Below, piece by piece: positions 37,685 to 45,729 of a stretch of 55,738 nt of DNA. Location of the stretch: contig JBAQGL010000007.1 in assembly GCA_049287785.1 (NCBI GenBank), forward strand, positions 1 to 55,738, read 5' to 3'. Under the pieces are notes generated by a model. That model ran no database searches. It saw nothing but the letters and a program-made list of their open reading frames with translations, and had not been told where the DNA came from. The translations under genes and the position numbers were made by a program. The stretch's first letter is position 1. Each line of letters starts with the position of its first letter. This stretch comes from Candidatus Dormiibacterota bacterium. GTDB lineage: Bacteria; Chloroflexota; Dormibacteria; Aeolococcales; Aeolococcaceae.

Positions 37685-40630
37685 TTACCACGCCGTGAGC
37701 TCGGGTGACATCTCCTGCCCGCGCTCGAACTCCAGCTGCGAAGCTTCCAGCTGCGCATCGATCTCGGGGGTGAGCCAACCCGCGACGGCCTTGCCCCCGG
37801 GGTGGTTGTGCGGCCCGCCGGCGGCGTCCTCCGCCTTGATGCGGTCCACCGCGCGGGCAAGCCGCTCGTGCGCCGTCTCGTCGGACATGCCCCTCTCACG
37901 CAACCAACCGTGCGCCTGGTCGTAGGCACGCTGAGCCACGAGGCGGTCGATCTCCTCCCCGGCCTCGACCCGGGTCGCCTCCTGGGCCAGCTCGGATCCG
38001 CCGAGTATCTCGACCAGGGCACGCTGTCGATCGGTGGCCAAGTCCCGGAGGTCGTCCTCGACGGTGATCCGCTCGGTCGTCTCGTAGCGCTCCGGGTAGT
38101 CGAGCGCCGACTCCTTCAACTCGCTGCGGGTCCACGCCTGCACGGTGCGCTCCTCGGCGGATCGACTCGTTTCCTTCCAGTGCTCGACGCCGAGCGTGTC
38201 CCGCTCGGGTGGTGCGAACACCTCGTAGTAGTGGGTGGCCAGGGTGGCGCGCGACATCGCCGTGTACGCCCACTCCCGGGTGGCGCCCTCGGATCCCACC
38301 ACAAGGGCGATGTCGGCGGTCATCCCCTGTGCCTTGTGCACGGTGAGCGCGTAGCCACGGTCGATGGTGTCGTAGTGGGTGGTGTCGAGGGTCAGCTGAC
38401 GCTTGTCCGGTCGCTCCAGGGTGAGCGTCTGGCGCTCGACGTCGACCGCGGTGACCACGCCGCGGGTGCCGTTGCTGACCGCACCACTGCGTTCGTTGGC
38501 CAGGCAGATGACCCGGTCGCCGACCTGGTACTCCTTGTCGCCGACGGTCAGCGCCGGGCCGTGGACTCTCCCCTCGGCCACCGAACGGGCATGCGCCAGC
38601 TCGTTGAGGGCGGCCACCTCGTCGCGACGCCGGGCGAGAATGACCGTGTTGAGCCCGCCGGCCTCGAGCCGGGCGTGGTCCTCGATCACCTGGACCTGGC
38701 GCTCGGCCACCGAGTGGGCGTCATGGATGCGGTCGTAGCGCTCGTACTCGCGGTACGCCGCGCGCGCCTCACCGTCGCGGAGCAGCTGCAGTGTCGCCCG
38801 CTCCCAGTCGTAGTGCTGGCGGATGTTCTCGTGCAGCGCCACCCTGCCGATGTGATCGCTCAGGGTGCGCATCGGTGCGCCCGCCTCGATGGGCTGGAGC
38901 TGGAAGGGATCGCCGACCACCACGAGCTTGGCCTCGTCGCGCGCCGCCAGGGAGACCAGCTCGGCGAGTTGGCGGTCACCGAGCATCCCCGCCTCGTCGA
39001 CGACGAGGACCCCGCCGTAGGGGAGGCGCTCGACCTGGAGCTGGTGGAGTCTCGCCGCCACGGTGGTTGAGGCGATCTCCGAGCCTTCCTCGAGGAGCTC
39101 GGCGGCGCGTCCCGCCAGAGCGCAGCCGACCACCTCGACCCCGGACGCATCGAAGGCTTCGCGGCAGACCTCGAGCGCGTAGGTCTTGCCGACCCCGGCG
39201 TCCCCCTCGATGACGAGCACGCCCGCGGGGCTGAGGCAGACCTCCTGGATCATGGCCTTCTGGTCCGCGGTGAGCGTGCGACGCGTAGCCATCGCCGCAG
39301 CGACCGTGTCGGCGCGGGCCATCCCGACGCCCGCGCCGGCACGCGCCTGGGCCGTCGCCACCATGCCCCGTTCCACCGCGAGCATCTCCGGCGTGGTGTA
39401 TCGAAGGTCATGCCCGGTCTCCCTCCAGCGCAGCATCGCCTCCGGCTCGGTCTCACCCTCTCGGAGCCGGGGTGGCAGAGGCTGCACCGACTCACGGTCG
39501 GCGAGGATCCAGTCGGCGGTCGCCTCGAGCTGCTGGCGGCTCATGCCCAGAGGCGCGTGCGAGGCCACGGTACGGATGATGTCGCGGCGGGTGAAGGTCG
39601 CCTGCCGAGCGGTGAGCCCATGCACACCGAGGATGTCCACCGCGCGCTGCACGTCGAGACGCCGCGGCTCGAGCGCATCGGGCTCGCGGCCGAACACCGC
39701 CTGCACCGTCTCGCCGTCGAGTCCCACGCTCGCGGCACGCTCGTGCCAGCGGGCGAACAGATCCTCGGTGGCCGCGACCTCGTGCTTGCCCTCGCGGGTG
39801 TCGAGCGTCGCCACCTCGCGCCCCGACCGTGTGGTCACGTCATATGCAGCCGCCGCGGCGTCGATCTGGAGCGACCTACGCGAGAACTCACGCCGCTGTG
39901 CGGCGGTGACGCCGACGATGGAGAAGCAGCCCTTGCCATCGACCATGGTGGAGATCCCCAGCTCGCGAACCAGGCGGTCGCGCCACTCCGCCTGAGCGAT
40001 GGCGCCCGCAGCAGCCGCGTGCTGGTACAGCGGTTCACTGTGCAGCTGGCTCCAGCTCCCGTCGGGTCGCTGCGTCCACGTCGGGACGGTGATGTGCGTG
40101 TGCAGCTGCGGGTCGACGGTCACGATGCCGGTGGCCGGATCGGTGACCGGGCGTGCGGTGCGGTGCACGAACTCGGGCATGACCAGCTTCGCCCGAACCG
40201 CCTCGGTGGTCTTGGTCTCGGCGTTGTGCTGGCGTGCCCAGCCGGCGTTGGCCTGGAGATACTCGGCCGCCGCATGGACTCCCTCGCCGTGGATGCGCAG
40301 GATGGTGGATCTTGTGCGCTCGTCGCCGAGCGCGTAGAGGATGCTCACGTCCTTGGGTGCTGACACCGTCACGTCGAAGGCGACGACCGTCTGCCTCCGC
40401 CAGTGTTTGCCGAGCTCCTCACCCGTCCGCGGATGAGTCCCGCTGAGCACCGCGGCGAAGTCGGTGTCGGTCACCTCGCCGCGCAGACCCAATACTTCCG
40501 CACCGGGTCCGCTCCATCGTCCCGGCGACTCGCCGCGAGCGGTGTAGTACTCGAGTTGCTGCTGCGCAACCGCCTCGCGCAGGTACCGCACCGCCTGCTC
40601 GACGCTGGTGAGCTTGCCGATCGAGATCAT
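37685..40630 (-). CDS. MobF-family conjugative relaxase (TrwC/TraA-like) fused to an SF1 helicase
   Basis: N-terminal relaxase MISIGKL....A.RYL......EYYTARGESPGRW, FDVTVSAPKDVS and DPQLHTHITVPTW (His-triad region). Helicase Walker A IEGDAGVGKT, plus VVDEAGM and a C-terminal YALTVHKAQGMT. Confidence 0.9.
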   Translation of the reverse strand: MISIGKLTSVEQAVRYLREAVAQQQLEYYTARGESPGRWSGPGAEVLGLRGEVTDTDFAAVLSGTHPRTGEELGKHWRRQTVVAFDVTVSAPKDVSILYALGDERTRSTILRIHGEGVHAAAEYLQANAGWARQHNAETKTTEAVRAKLVMPEFVHRTARPVTDPATGIVTVDPQLHTHITVPTWTQRPDGSWSQLHSEPLYQHAAAAGAIAQAEWRDRLVRELGISTMVDGKGCFSIVGVTAAQRREFSRRSLQIDAAAAAYDVTTRSGREVATLDTREGKHEVAATEDLFARWHERAASVGLDGETVQAVFGREPDALEPRRLDVQRAVDILGVHGLTARQATFTRRDIIRTVASHAPLGMSRQQLEATADWILADRESVQPLPPRLREGETEPEAMLRWRETGHDLRYTTPEMLAVERGMVATAQARAGAGVGMARADTVAAAMATRRTLTADQKAMIQEVCLSPAGVLVIEGDAGVGKTYALEVCREAFDASGVEVVGCALAGRAAELLEEGSEIASTTVAARLHQLQVERLPYGGVLVVDEAGMLGDRQLAELVSLAARDEAKLVVVGDPFQLQPIEAGAPMRTLSDHIGRVALHENIRQHYDWERATLQLLRDGEARAAYREYERYDRIHDAHSVAERQVQVIEDHARLEAGGLNTVILARRRDEVAALNELAHARSVAEGRVHGPALTVGDKEYQVGDRVICLANERSGAVSNGTRGVVTAVDVERQTLTLERPDKRQLTLDTTHYDTIDRGYALTVHKAQGMTADIALVVGSEGATREWAYTAMSRATLATHYYEVFAPPERDTLGVEHWKETSRSAEERTVQAWTRSELKESALDYPERYETTERITVEDDLRDLATDRQRALVEILGGSELAQEATRVEAGEEIDRLVAQRAYDQAHGWLRERGMSDETAHERLARAVDRIKAEDAAGGPHNHPGGKAVAGWLTPEIDAQLEASQLEFERGQEMSPELTAW

Positions 40631-40957
40631 CGCGGAAACGCGTCCTGCACGAGCTTCAGCGTAGGGAGAAAACGCCTACAGAGCGCTTACTTTTTCGGAA
40701 CGTTTGATCTGGACAAAATCAGCGATGCAACTGTGTGTGTGTCAGGGTCGGCGATGCGTGTGCGCGAGGCAGTGAAGGCGGTGCAGACGGACGCGTGAAG
40801 CGGGTGTGCGTCTGTCGAAGGTGAGAGGAGAAGGCCGGCGCGCGGAGGACCGAGAGGTGATGCCGAGGAGCCTTCGGTGCGAGCAGCGCGGACCGAACTC
40901 GCGCAGCGACCGACACGGGCGCTGACCGCGAGGTGGAGTTCACAGCACGAGCGGACG

Positions 40958-41107
40958 CGACGTTCGCGAACAGCGCGACGCGCGCGAATAGCGCGGTGCG
41001 CGCGAACCTCGCGAAGTGCGCTGGACGCGCGACGTCTGCCGGAAGCGCGATGTGCGCCGGAATCGCGAGGTGCGCTGGAATCGCGATATGCGCGCAATTC
41101 GCGCGAT
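40958..41107. repeat. About eight degenerate tandem repeats of 18-20 bp (consensus GTGCGCyGGAAtCGCGAn) upstream of the relaxase gene
   Basis: Best units are 41052-41069 gtgcgccggaatcgcgag and 41070-41087 gtgcgctggaatcgcgat. Flanking units decay progressively. All six reading frames show 6-aa periodic Arg/Ser text. Confidence 0.8.
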
Positions 41108-41567
41108 CCGCTCTACTCGCATGACACGTGGAAGGCGCGAATGCCGCTAAGCAGCTTTCACCGTAGGAAGTGTGTCAACGTAGTGCGTACGCTCCCCGGG
41201 CGGATGCGTCCTGAGCCATCAGTCACCCACGTCCTGGAACCGCGGTGTCAAGTAACTCTCGGACTTTTTACATGCCGAGGCTTGCTAGAAAAATGTAGGC
41301 GCTACGTAAGCAAATACATGGCATGCTCGTGCCATGGCTATCGCCGATGTGTCGCCGGGTACCGGCTATGTGCGCGGGAATCTGCGCGCGCATCAGACGA
41401 AGCTCCCTTGGGGTTCTGATGAGCTGGTGTCTCATCAAGGAGCACCCGGGATCCATGTTGCCACGGACCCACGGCGCCAACGAGCAACGCCCACCACCCC
41501 AGTGCCCTTGCTCGAGTCGGCCGCGCCGACACCTGTTGACATTGCGCCTGCATCGACGCGCACTCCG

Positions 41568-41729
41568 ATGCTGCTCACCGTTCGCGACGTCGAAGCGGAG
41601 CTGCAACTCGGTCGTACGCGAACCTACGAGCTGTTGCGCTCGGGCTCCATTCCCGTTGTCCGCGTCGGACGCGCACTCCGCGTGCCGCGCGATGCGCTGC
41701 GCCGCTGGGTCGACGAGCAGACCGCGTGA
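41568..41729 (+). CDS. xis: Excisionase-family / MerR-like helix-turn-helix DNA-binding protein
   Basis: MLLTVRDVEAELQLGRTRTYELLRSGSIPVVRVGRALRVPRDALRRWV is the typical excisionase-type HTH. The ORF could start earlier (41334), but that extension is low-complexity. Confidence 0.75.
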   Translation: MLLTVRDVEAELQLGRTRTYELLRSGSIPVVRVGRALRVPRDALRRWVDEQTA

Positions 41730-41748
41730 CCCTTGGGTCCGAGCGGCG

Positions 41749-42000
41749 TCAGCTCGCCCGTTGTACCGGTCGCACTGCGTCGTGAAGCCCCTCCGGATCG
41801 AGGTCCGCACCGTTCGGCCACACCAGCGTGCCCAGCTCTGGATCCACGCTCACGCTGTTGAACTGAGCAATGTCACGGAGCGGCTCGAACATCTCACCCC
41901 ACAGCTCGGCGGCCAGGTCGATGTCGCCCACCATCCCGTCGCTGAACGTGAGCCGGAGACGGTACTCACCGAGGCGCTCAACGCCCGTGACCTTGACCAT
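41749..42000 (-). CDS. DUF2442-domain protein
   Basis: The 83-aa text MVKVTGVERLGEYRLRLTFSDGMVGDIDLA......F.PL.D...F..V.VDPELGTLVWPNGADLDPE matches the DUF2442 pattern. Confidence 0.75.
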   Translation of the reverse strand: MVKVTGVERLGEYRLRLTFSDGMVGDIDLAAELWGEMFEPLRDIAQFNSVSVDPELGTLVWPNGADLDPEGLHDAVRPVQRAS

Positions 42001-42009
42001 CTCCCAATC

Positions 42010-42279
42010 CTATGCGAGCGGCTCGATGGACGCCAGCGCCGTGCGTTCGATCACCCGTTGCCAGTTGTCTCGCAGCTCCTGCTCGTGCAGGGTCGCCCAT
42101 TCCATGACATGCCCAAGCGCGCGAGCGGGCAGCGAACCGTCAAGCACCACCAGCGGCTCGATCCCGATCGAAGCCTCATGCTCTCCATAGGTCGCGTGAA
42201 AGTGGGCGGCATGGTGTTGCCCGCCGGTCTCCCAGTACATGGTGATGACGATGCCGTAGAAGGCGCTGATCCGCGGCAC
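42010..42279 (-). CDS. DUF4160-domain protein
   Basis: The 89-aa text MPRISAFYGIVITMYW.......HFHA.YGEHEA matches the DUF4160 N-terminal pattern. It starts 2 nt after the integrase stop. Confidence 0.75.
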   Translation of the reverse strand: MPRISAFYGIVITMYWETGGQHHAAHFHATYGEHEASIGIEPLVVLDGSLPARALGHVMEWATLHEQELRDNWQRVIERTALASIEPLA

Positions 42280-42280
42280 G

Positions 42281-43462
42281 TCAACCCGTGGTGATCAGTC
42301 GGGTGAGCCGGTCGGCCGCGTCGTCGTGCAACTCCTGCAGGACGTCGGCGTACGTGTCGGCCGTGATGCCGATCGTGGAGTGTCCGAGCACACTGCTGAC
42401 CACCTTCAGCTCCGTCCCGCTCGCCAGCATCAGGGTCGCGGCGGCATGGCGCAAATCGTGGAAGCGACGCACGGTCAGGCCGGCTCGGCGAAGGCCCGTC
42501 TCGAACCGATGGGTCATCCCGGTCGGCTCCACCGGATGACCGGTGGGGCGCGTGAACACCAGCCCAGCGATCGGCTCGTGCCATGCCGATCCGATGTGGA
42601 GGCGAGCCTCGCGCTGCCGCTGTCGCTGGACTGCGAGCAGCTCGACCAGGGGATCGGGAATCCGCAAGGTCCGCCGAGACCGCTTCGTCTTTGGCTCGAG
42701 GATTTTGAAGAGCATCTCCGGGTCGGATCGCTGGTCACGAGGGATGCGGTGCAGTGCGCCGGTGACGCGCACCACCTTGCGCTCCAGGTCGACGTCGTCC
42801 CAGCGCAGTCCGAGGATCTCGCCCTGACGCATGCCGAGATACAGGGCCGTGCCCACGACCGCCTCGAGCTCGGTACCGCGAAAGGCGTCGAGGATCGCAC
42901 GCGCTTCCTCGGGGCGCACGGAGGCCGCCCTCGTCGCGGACACCTCGAGGGGTTCGGCCAGGGCTGCGGCGTTGCGAGCCACCGTGCCCCATCGCTGCGC
43001 GTCAGCCAGGGCCGAACGCAGGACCGCGCGGGCATGGTTGACGGTTCGAGGCGCAAGGCCGCCGGCGACCGCCTGGCGCATGGCGACGTTCACCTGCTGC
43101 GGGGTCAGCTGCGCCAGCTTGACCCTCCCCAACAGAGGAATCAGCTGGTACTTGATGAGGCTGCGGTACCGCCGCATGGTGGTCGGGCGGATGCTCGTTT
43201 GCCCCTCGATCCAGGTGCCGAGAAAGTCGCCGACCGTCTGCCGGTCGGAGGACGGTGCCACCCCGAGAGCGAGCCCGCGAATTGCCGCGTTCATCTTCGC
43301 GACCGCATCGGCGCGGCTCTTGCCGTAGAGGCTGCGCCGGACCTGGCGACCCCTCGTGTCGAAGCCGACCGTGACGCGCGCCTCCCACTGTCCCGGGCGT
43401 CGCTCTCGGATCGTCCCTTCGCCAAGCCCTCGGCGCTTGCTCGTCACCCCTTCCTCCAACAC
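42281..43462 (-). CDS. int: Tyrosine-type site-specific integrase
   Basis: N-terminus GEGTIRERRPGQWEARVTVG. Catalytic region ALYLGMRQGEILGLRWDDVDL, FHDLRHAAATLML and LGHSTIGITADTYADV (R...HxxR...Y). It lies 102 nt from the tRNA-Leu 3' end. Confidence 0.92.
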   Translation of the reverse strand: MLEEGVTSKRRGLGEGTIRERRPGQWEARVTVGFDTRGRQVRRSLYGKSRADAVAKMNAAIRGLALGVAPSSDRQTVGDFLGTWIEGQTSIRPTTMRRYRSLIKYQLIPLLGRVKLAQLTPQQVNVAMRQAVAGGLAPRTVNHARAVLRSALADAQRWGTVARNAAALAEPLEVSATRAASVRPEEARAILDAFRGTELEAVVGTALYLGMRQGEILGLRWDDVDLERKVVRVTGALHRIPRDQRSDPEMLFKILEPKTKRSRRTLRIPDPLVELLAVQRQRQREARLHIGSAWHEPIAGLVFTRPTGHPVEPTGMTHRFETGLRRAGLTVRRFHDLRHAAATLMLASGTELKVVSSVLGHSTIGITADTYADVLQELHDDAADRLTRLITTG

Positions 43463-43468
43463 CGGAAT

Positions 43469-43490
43469 CTGTAGGGGTACTGTAGGGGTA
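43469..43490 (+). repeat. Perfect 2 x 11-bp tandem repeat CTGTAGGGGTA just upstream of int; candidate arm-type integrase sites
   Basis: Seen directly. The TAGGGGT core is shared with 25931-25937 and 25943-25949. Confidence 0.5.
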
Positions 43491-43564
43491 TTGGCGTCCC
43501 GGCGTCAACCGGTGCGGTGGCTTCCGAGGCGTGCAAAATCCGCGATTTGAATTCAAAACTGGTC

Positions 43565-43617
43565 TGCCGGGAGAGGGAGTCGAACCCTCACGAGGTTGTC
43601 CTCGGCGGTTTTTGAGA
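43565..43617. repeat. attR: 53-bp direct repeat within tRNA-Leu
   Basis: Identical to 25763-25815. Confidence 0.9.
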
Positions 43618-43647
43618 CCGCTGCGTCTACCATTCCGCCACCCCGGC
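43565..43647 (-). tRNA. tRNA-Leu (anticodon CAA), 83 nt, CCA not encoded
   Basis: The minus strand folds by hand. Acceptor GCCGGGG/TCCCGGC (one G-U pair). D-loop GAATGGTAGA. Anticodon arm GCGGT-CTCAAAA-ACCGC. Long variable arm CGAGGACAACCTCGT. T-arm GAGGG-TTCGACT-CCCTC. Discriminator A. Confidence 0.9.
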
Positions 43648-43712
43648 AGGGTGGACAGCGTACCGGCTCCCGCCGGGAACCGGAGCGTCTGCTGGCGCGT
43701 ACTCTCAAATGC

Positions 43713-44288
43713 ATGGACGACGAGGCGCTCCTCGAGCGGGCACGCCGCGGCGACCGCGATGCCTTTGCAGCAATTGTCACTCGCCACCAGGATGAGCTCT
43801 ACACGATGGCACTCAGGATTCTCGGGACACCGGCCGATGCGGCCGACGTCGTTCAGGAGACGTTCCTTCGCGCTTACGTCAGGATCCCGGTGCTTCGCGG
43901 CCAGACCATCCGGGCGTGGCTCTTTCGCGTCGCCATCAACTGCAGTCACGACGTCCAGCGCCGGAGCATCCGCAGGCCGGCAGATCCGCTCGAGGACGCC
44001 GAGGGCAACATCGTGGAGCTCCCGGATCCCGATCTCGGGCCGGAGGCGACCGCCCTGGCGCGCGAGCGCGTCGCCGCGGTTCGTGAGGCTCTGCTCACGC
44101 TCCATCCCGACTTCCGAGCTGTCGTCGTCCTCCGAGACGTCAACGAATTGAGCTACGAGGAGATGTCCGCGGCCCTTCGCGTCCCGATCGGCACCGTCAA
44201 GTCCCGGCTCAACCGCGCTCGGTCGATGCTCGCCAAAGCCCTCCGCGGCACCGCCGCGGCCCCGGGCTTCGCCGAGGAGAACGCATGA
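43713..44288 (+). CDS. ECF-type RNA polymerase sigma-70 family factor
   Basis: Region 2 is DAADVVQETFLRAY...WLFRVAINCSHD. Region 4 is VVVLRDVNELSYEEMSAALRVPIGTVKSRLNRAR. No anti-sigma gene follows. Confidence 0.88.
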   Translation: MDDEALLERARRGDRDAFAAIVTRHQDELYTMALRILGTPADAADVVQETFLRAYVRIPVLRGQTIRAWLFRVAINCSHDVQRRSIRRPADPLEDAEGNIVELPDPDLGPEATALARERVAAVREALLTLHPDFRAVVVLRDVNELSYEEMSAALRVPIGTVKSRLNRARSMLAKALRGTAAAPGFAEENA

Positions 44289-45725
44289 GTAGCCCTAAGT
44301 CAAGCTGCCACCTCGAGAACGCGTTGCAGAGCACGATGTCGGGCGGGTTCATAGGCGACGCGATCGTGCCAGCAGCGCCAGATGACGCCCACCCAGGCTC
44401 GCGTAACGATGCGCGCTGCGTGGGGATGGGTCTTGCCTTTGGCGCGATGGCGCCGGTACAGGGAGTCAGCCCAAGGATTGGCCCGCACGCTGTCCTGCGC
44501 GAAGTCCACCAAGGCGTCGCGCAGCTTCTTGTGGCAGGCCCATCGGAAGGTGACCACGCGATGTTTGCCGGAACTTCGCGTGGAGGGGACCGCGCCGGCG
44601 AGAGCCGCCAGCGAGTCAGGCGTGGGAAAACGGGCTCGACAGTCACCGATCTCGGCCAACATCGCCGCGGCGCGCAGCGTGCCCGAGCGCGGCAAGCTCT
44701 GGAAGATAAAGGCATCGGGGTGCAGTGCGAGCTGCTCGGCGATGTCGGCATCGAGCGTGGCGATGGCTGCGACCAAGGTGCGCAGCACCCCGACCACCGC
44801 GAGCGTGATTCTCGCCTGCGCCTGAGCGGCGGAGGCGGTTCCAGCAGGCGCGCCCTCGAGGCGGTGCATCAGCGCCTCAGCGGGTACGCGGCCGCAATAC
44901 GCATTGGCGCGCAGCCAGGCGGCCAGGCGCTTGGTCGACAGCCAGCTGGCCTTGTCGGGGCTGGGGAAGCGCTCCAGAAAGCGCAGGCTGATGTCGCTGT
45001 CGAGGTCGCGGAAGAGGCCGACCGCGCCCGGGAAGACCAGCAAGAGGTGGGCGCGGAGTTGATTGGCGGTGGCCACCCGCGTGGCCACCAGATCCTTGCG
45101 GGCGCGCACGGCCGCTCGGAGCGCGAGCGTCTCCGGCTTGTCCGGCTCCAGGGATGGCCAGCGATGACCGTCGGTGCGCAGGCATTCGGCGAGCACGTAG
45201 GCGTCGCCGCGATCGTCCTTGTTCCCCGCCAGGCCAAAGCGGGTGCGCAATGCCTTGACCGCGCGGCTGCTCACCACGACCACTTCCAGACCGCCTGCCA
45301 TCAGCGTTTCCACGATGGGGCCATCGGGTCGCTCGATCGCCACACGGCGCGCCCCGGCGCGCGCAAAGCGAGCGCACAACTCGTGCAGCCCAGCGGCGCT
45401 GTGCGCCACCGCAAACTCGTCGAGCCTGGTGCCCGAGTCATCGACGATGCACGCGCGATGCTCGGTGCTCGCCCAATCAACAGCGCCGAATCGGCCTGTG
45501 CCATGCTCCATAACCGCCTCCTTGCTGTGTCCGCAGTGGGGAAGCACCCGGTGGTCCCCGGACGCGGCTCCTGGTTGCTCACTGATCGGCGATCTGTGTC
45601 GCTCAGCCCTAAAGCCAGTCAGCACGTCCCGGGCCACCGGTCCTCGCGGAACTCATGCTGGCCGTCGAACGGCGAGCGCGCATGGCGATGGACCGGTGGT
45701 TACCAGGGTTCCAGCCGCAACGGTG
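44289..45725 (-). mobile_element. IS110-family insertion sequence (boundaries approximate)
   Basis: A complete DEDD-type transposase gene plus about 210 nt of 5' non-coding DNA, lying between the sigma factor gene and gmk. The ends are not definable by eye because IS110 elements lack classical terminal inverted repeats. Confidence 0.7.
44300..45511 (-). CDS. IS110-family (DEDD) transposase/recombinase
   Basis: N-terminus GAVDWASTEHRACIVDD...VAIERPDG...NKDDRGDAYVLAE. C-terminus SLPRSGTLRAAAMLAEIGDCRARFP....LAALAGAVPSTRSSGK. AAGGAGG sits upstream of ATG 45511. Confidence 0.9.
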   Translation of the reverse strand: MEHGTGRFGAVDWASTEHRACIVDDSGTRLDEFAVAHSAAGLHELCARFARAGARRVAIERPDGPIVETLMAGGLEVVVVSSRAVKALRTRFGLAGNKDDRGDAYVLAECLRTDGHRWPSLEPDKPETLALRAAVRARKDLVATRVATANQLRAHLLLVFPGAVGLFRDLDSDISLRFLERFPSPDKASWLSTKRLAAWLRANAYCGRVPAEALMHRLEGAPAGTASAAQAQARITLAVVGVLRTLVAAIATLDADIAEQLALHPDAFIFQSLPRSGTLRAAAMLAEIGDCRARFPTPDSLAALAGAVPSTRSSGKHRVVTFRWACHKKLRDALVDFAQDSVRANPWADSLYRRHRAKGKTHPHAARIVTRAWVGVIWRCWHDRVAYEPARHRALQRVLEVAA

Positions 45726-45729
45726 AACC

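Larger units (their letters stand above)
25763..43617. mobile_element. tRNA-Leu-integrated mobilizable genomic island (17,855 bp including both repeats)
   Basis: 53-bp direct repeats, an integrase next to the tRNA, an excisionase-type HTH protein and a MobF relaxase. Composition is mosaic. Confidence 0.85.

Noticed and set aside
40958-41107. The tandem repeat array as a CRISPR array.
   Set aside because: The units are contiguous with no unique spacers, only 18-20 bp long and degenerate. No cas genes are present in the window.
40687-41419. ORFs 40687..41097(-), 40877..41419(+), 40933..41124(+) and 40940..41122(-).
   Set aside because: All of them cross the 18-bp tandem repeats and show the same 6-aa periodic Arg/Ser/Ala text in several frames and on both strands. 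This is a repeat artefact, not coding sequence.
44285-44299. An anti-sigma factor gene disrupted by the IS110 insertion (an ATGA overlap start is present at the sigma stop).
   Set aside because: No remainder of such a gene exists on the far side of the IS, because gmk starts within about 30 nt. The ORF beginning at 44285 is simply antisense to the transposase.
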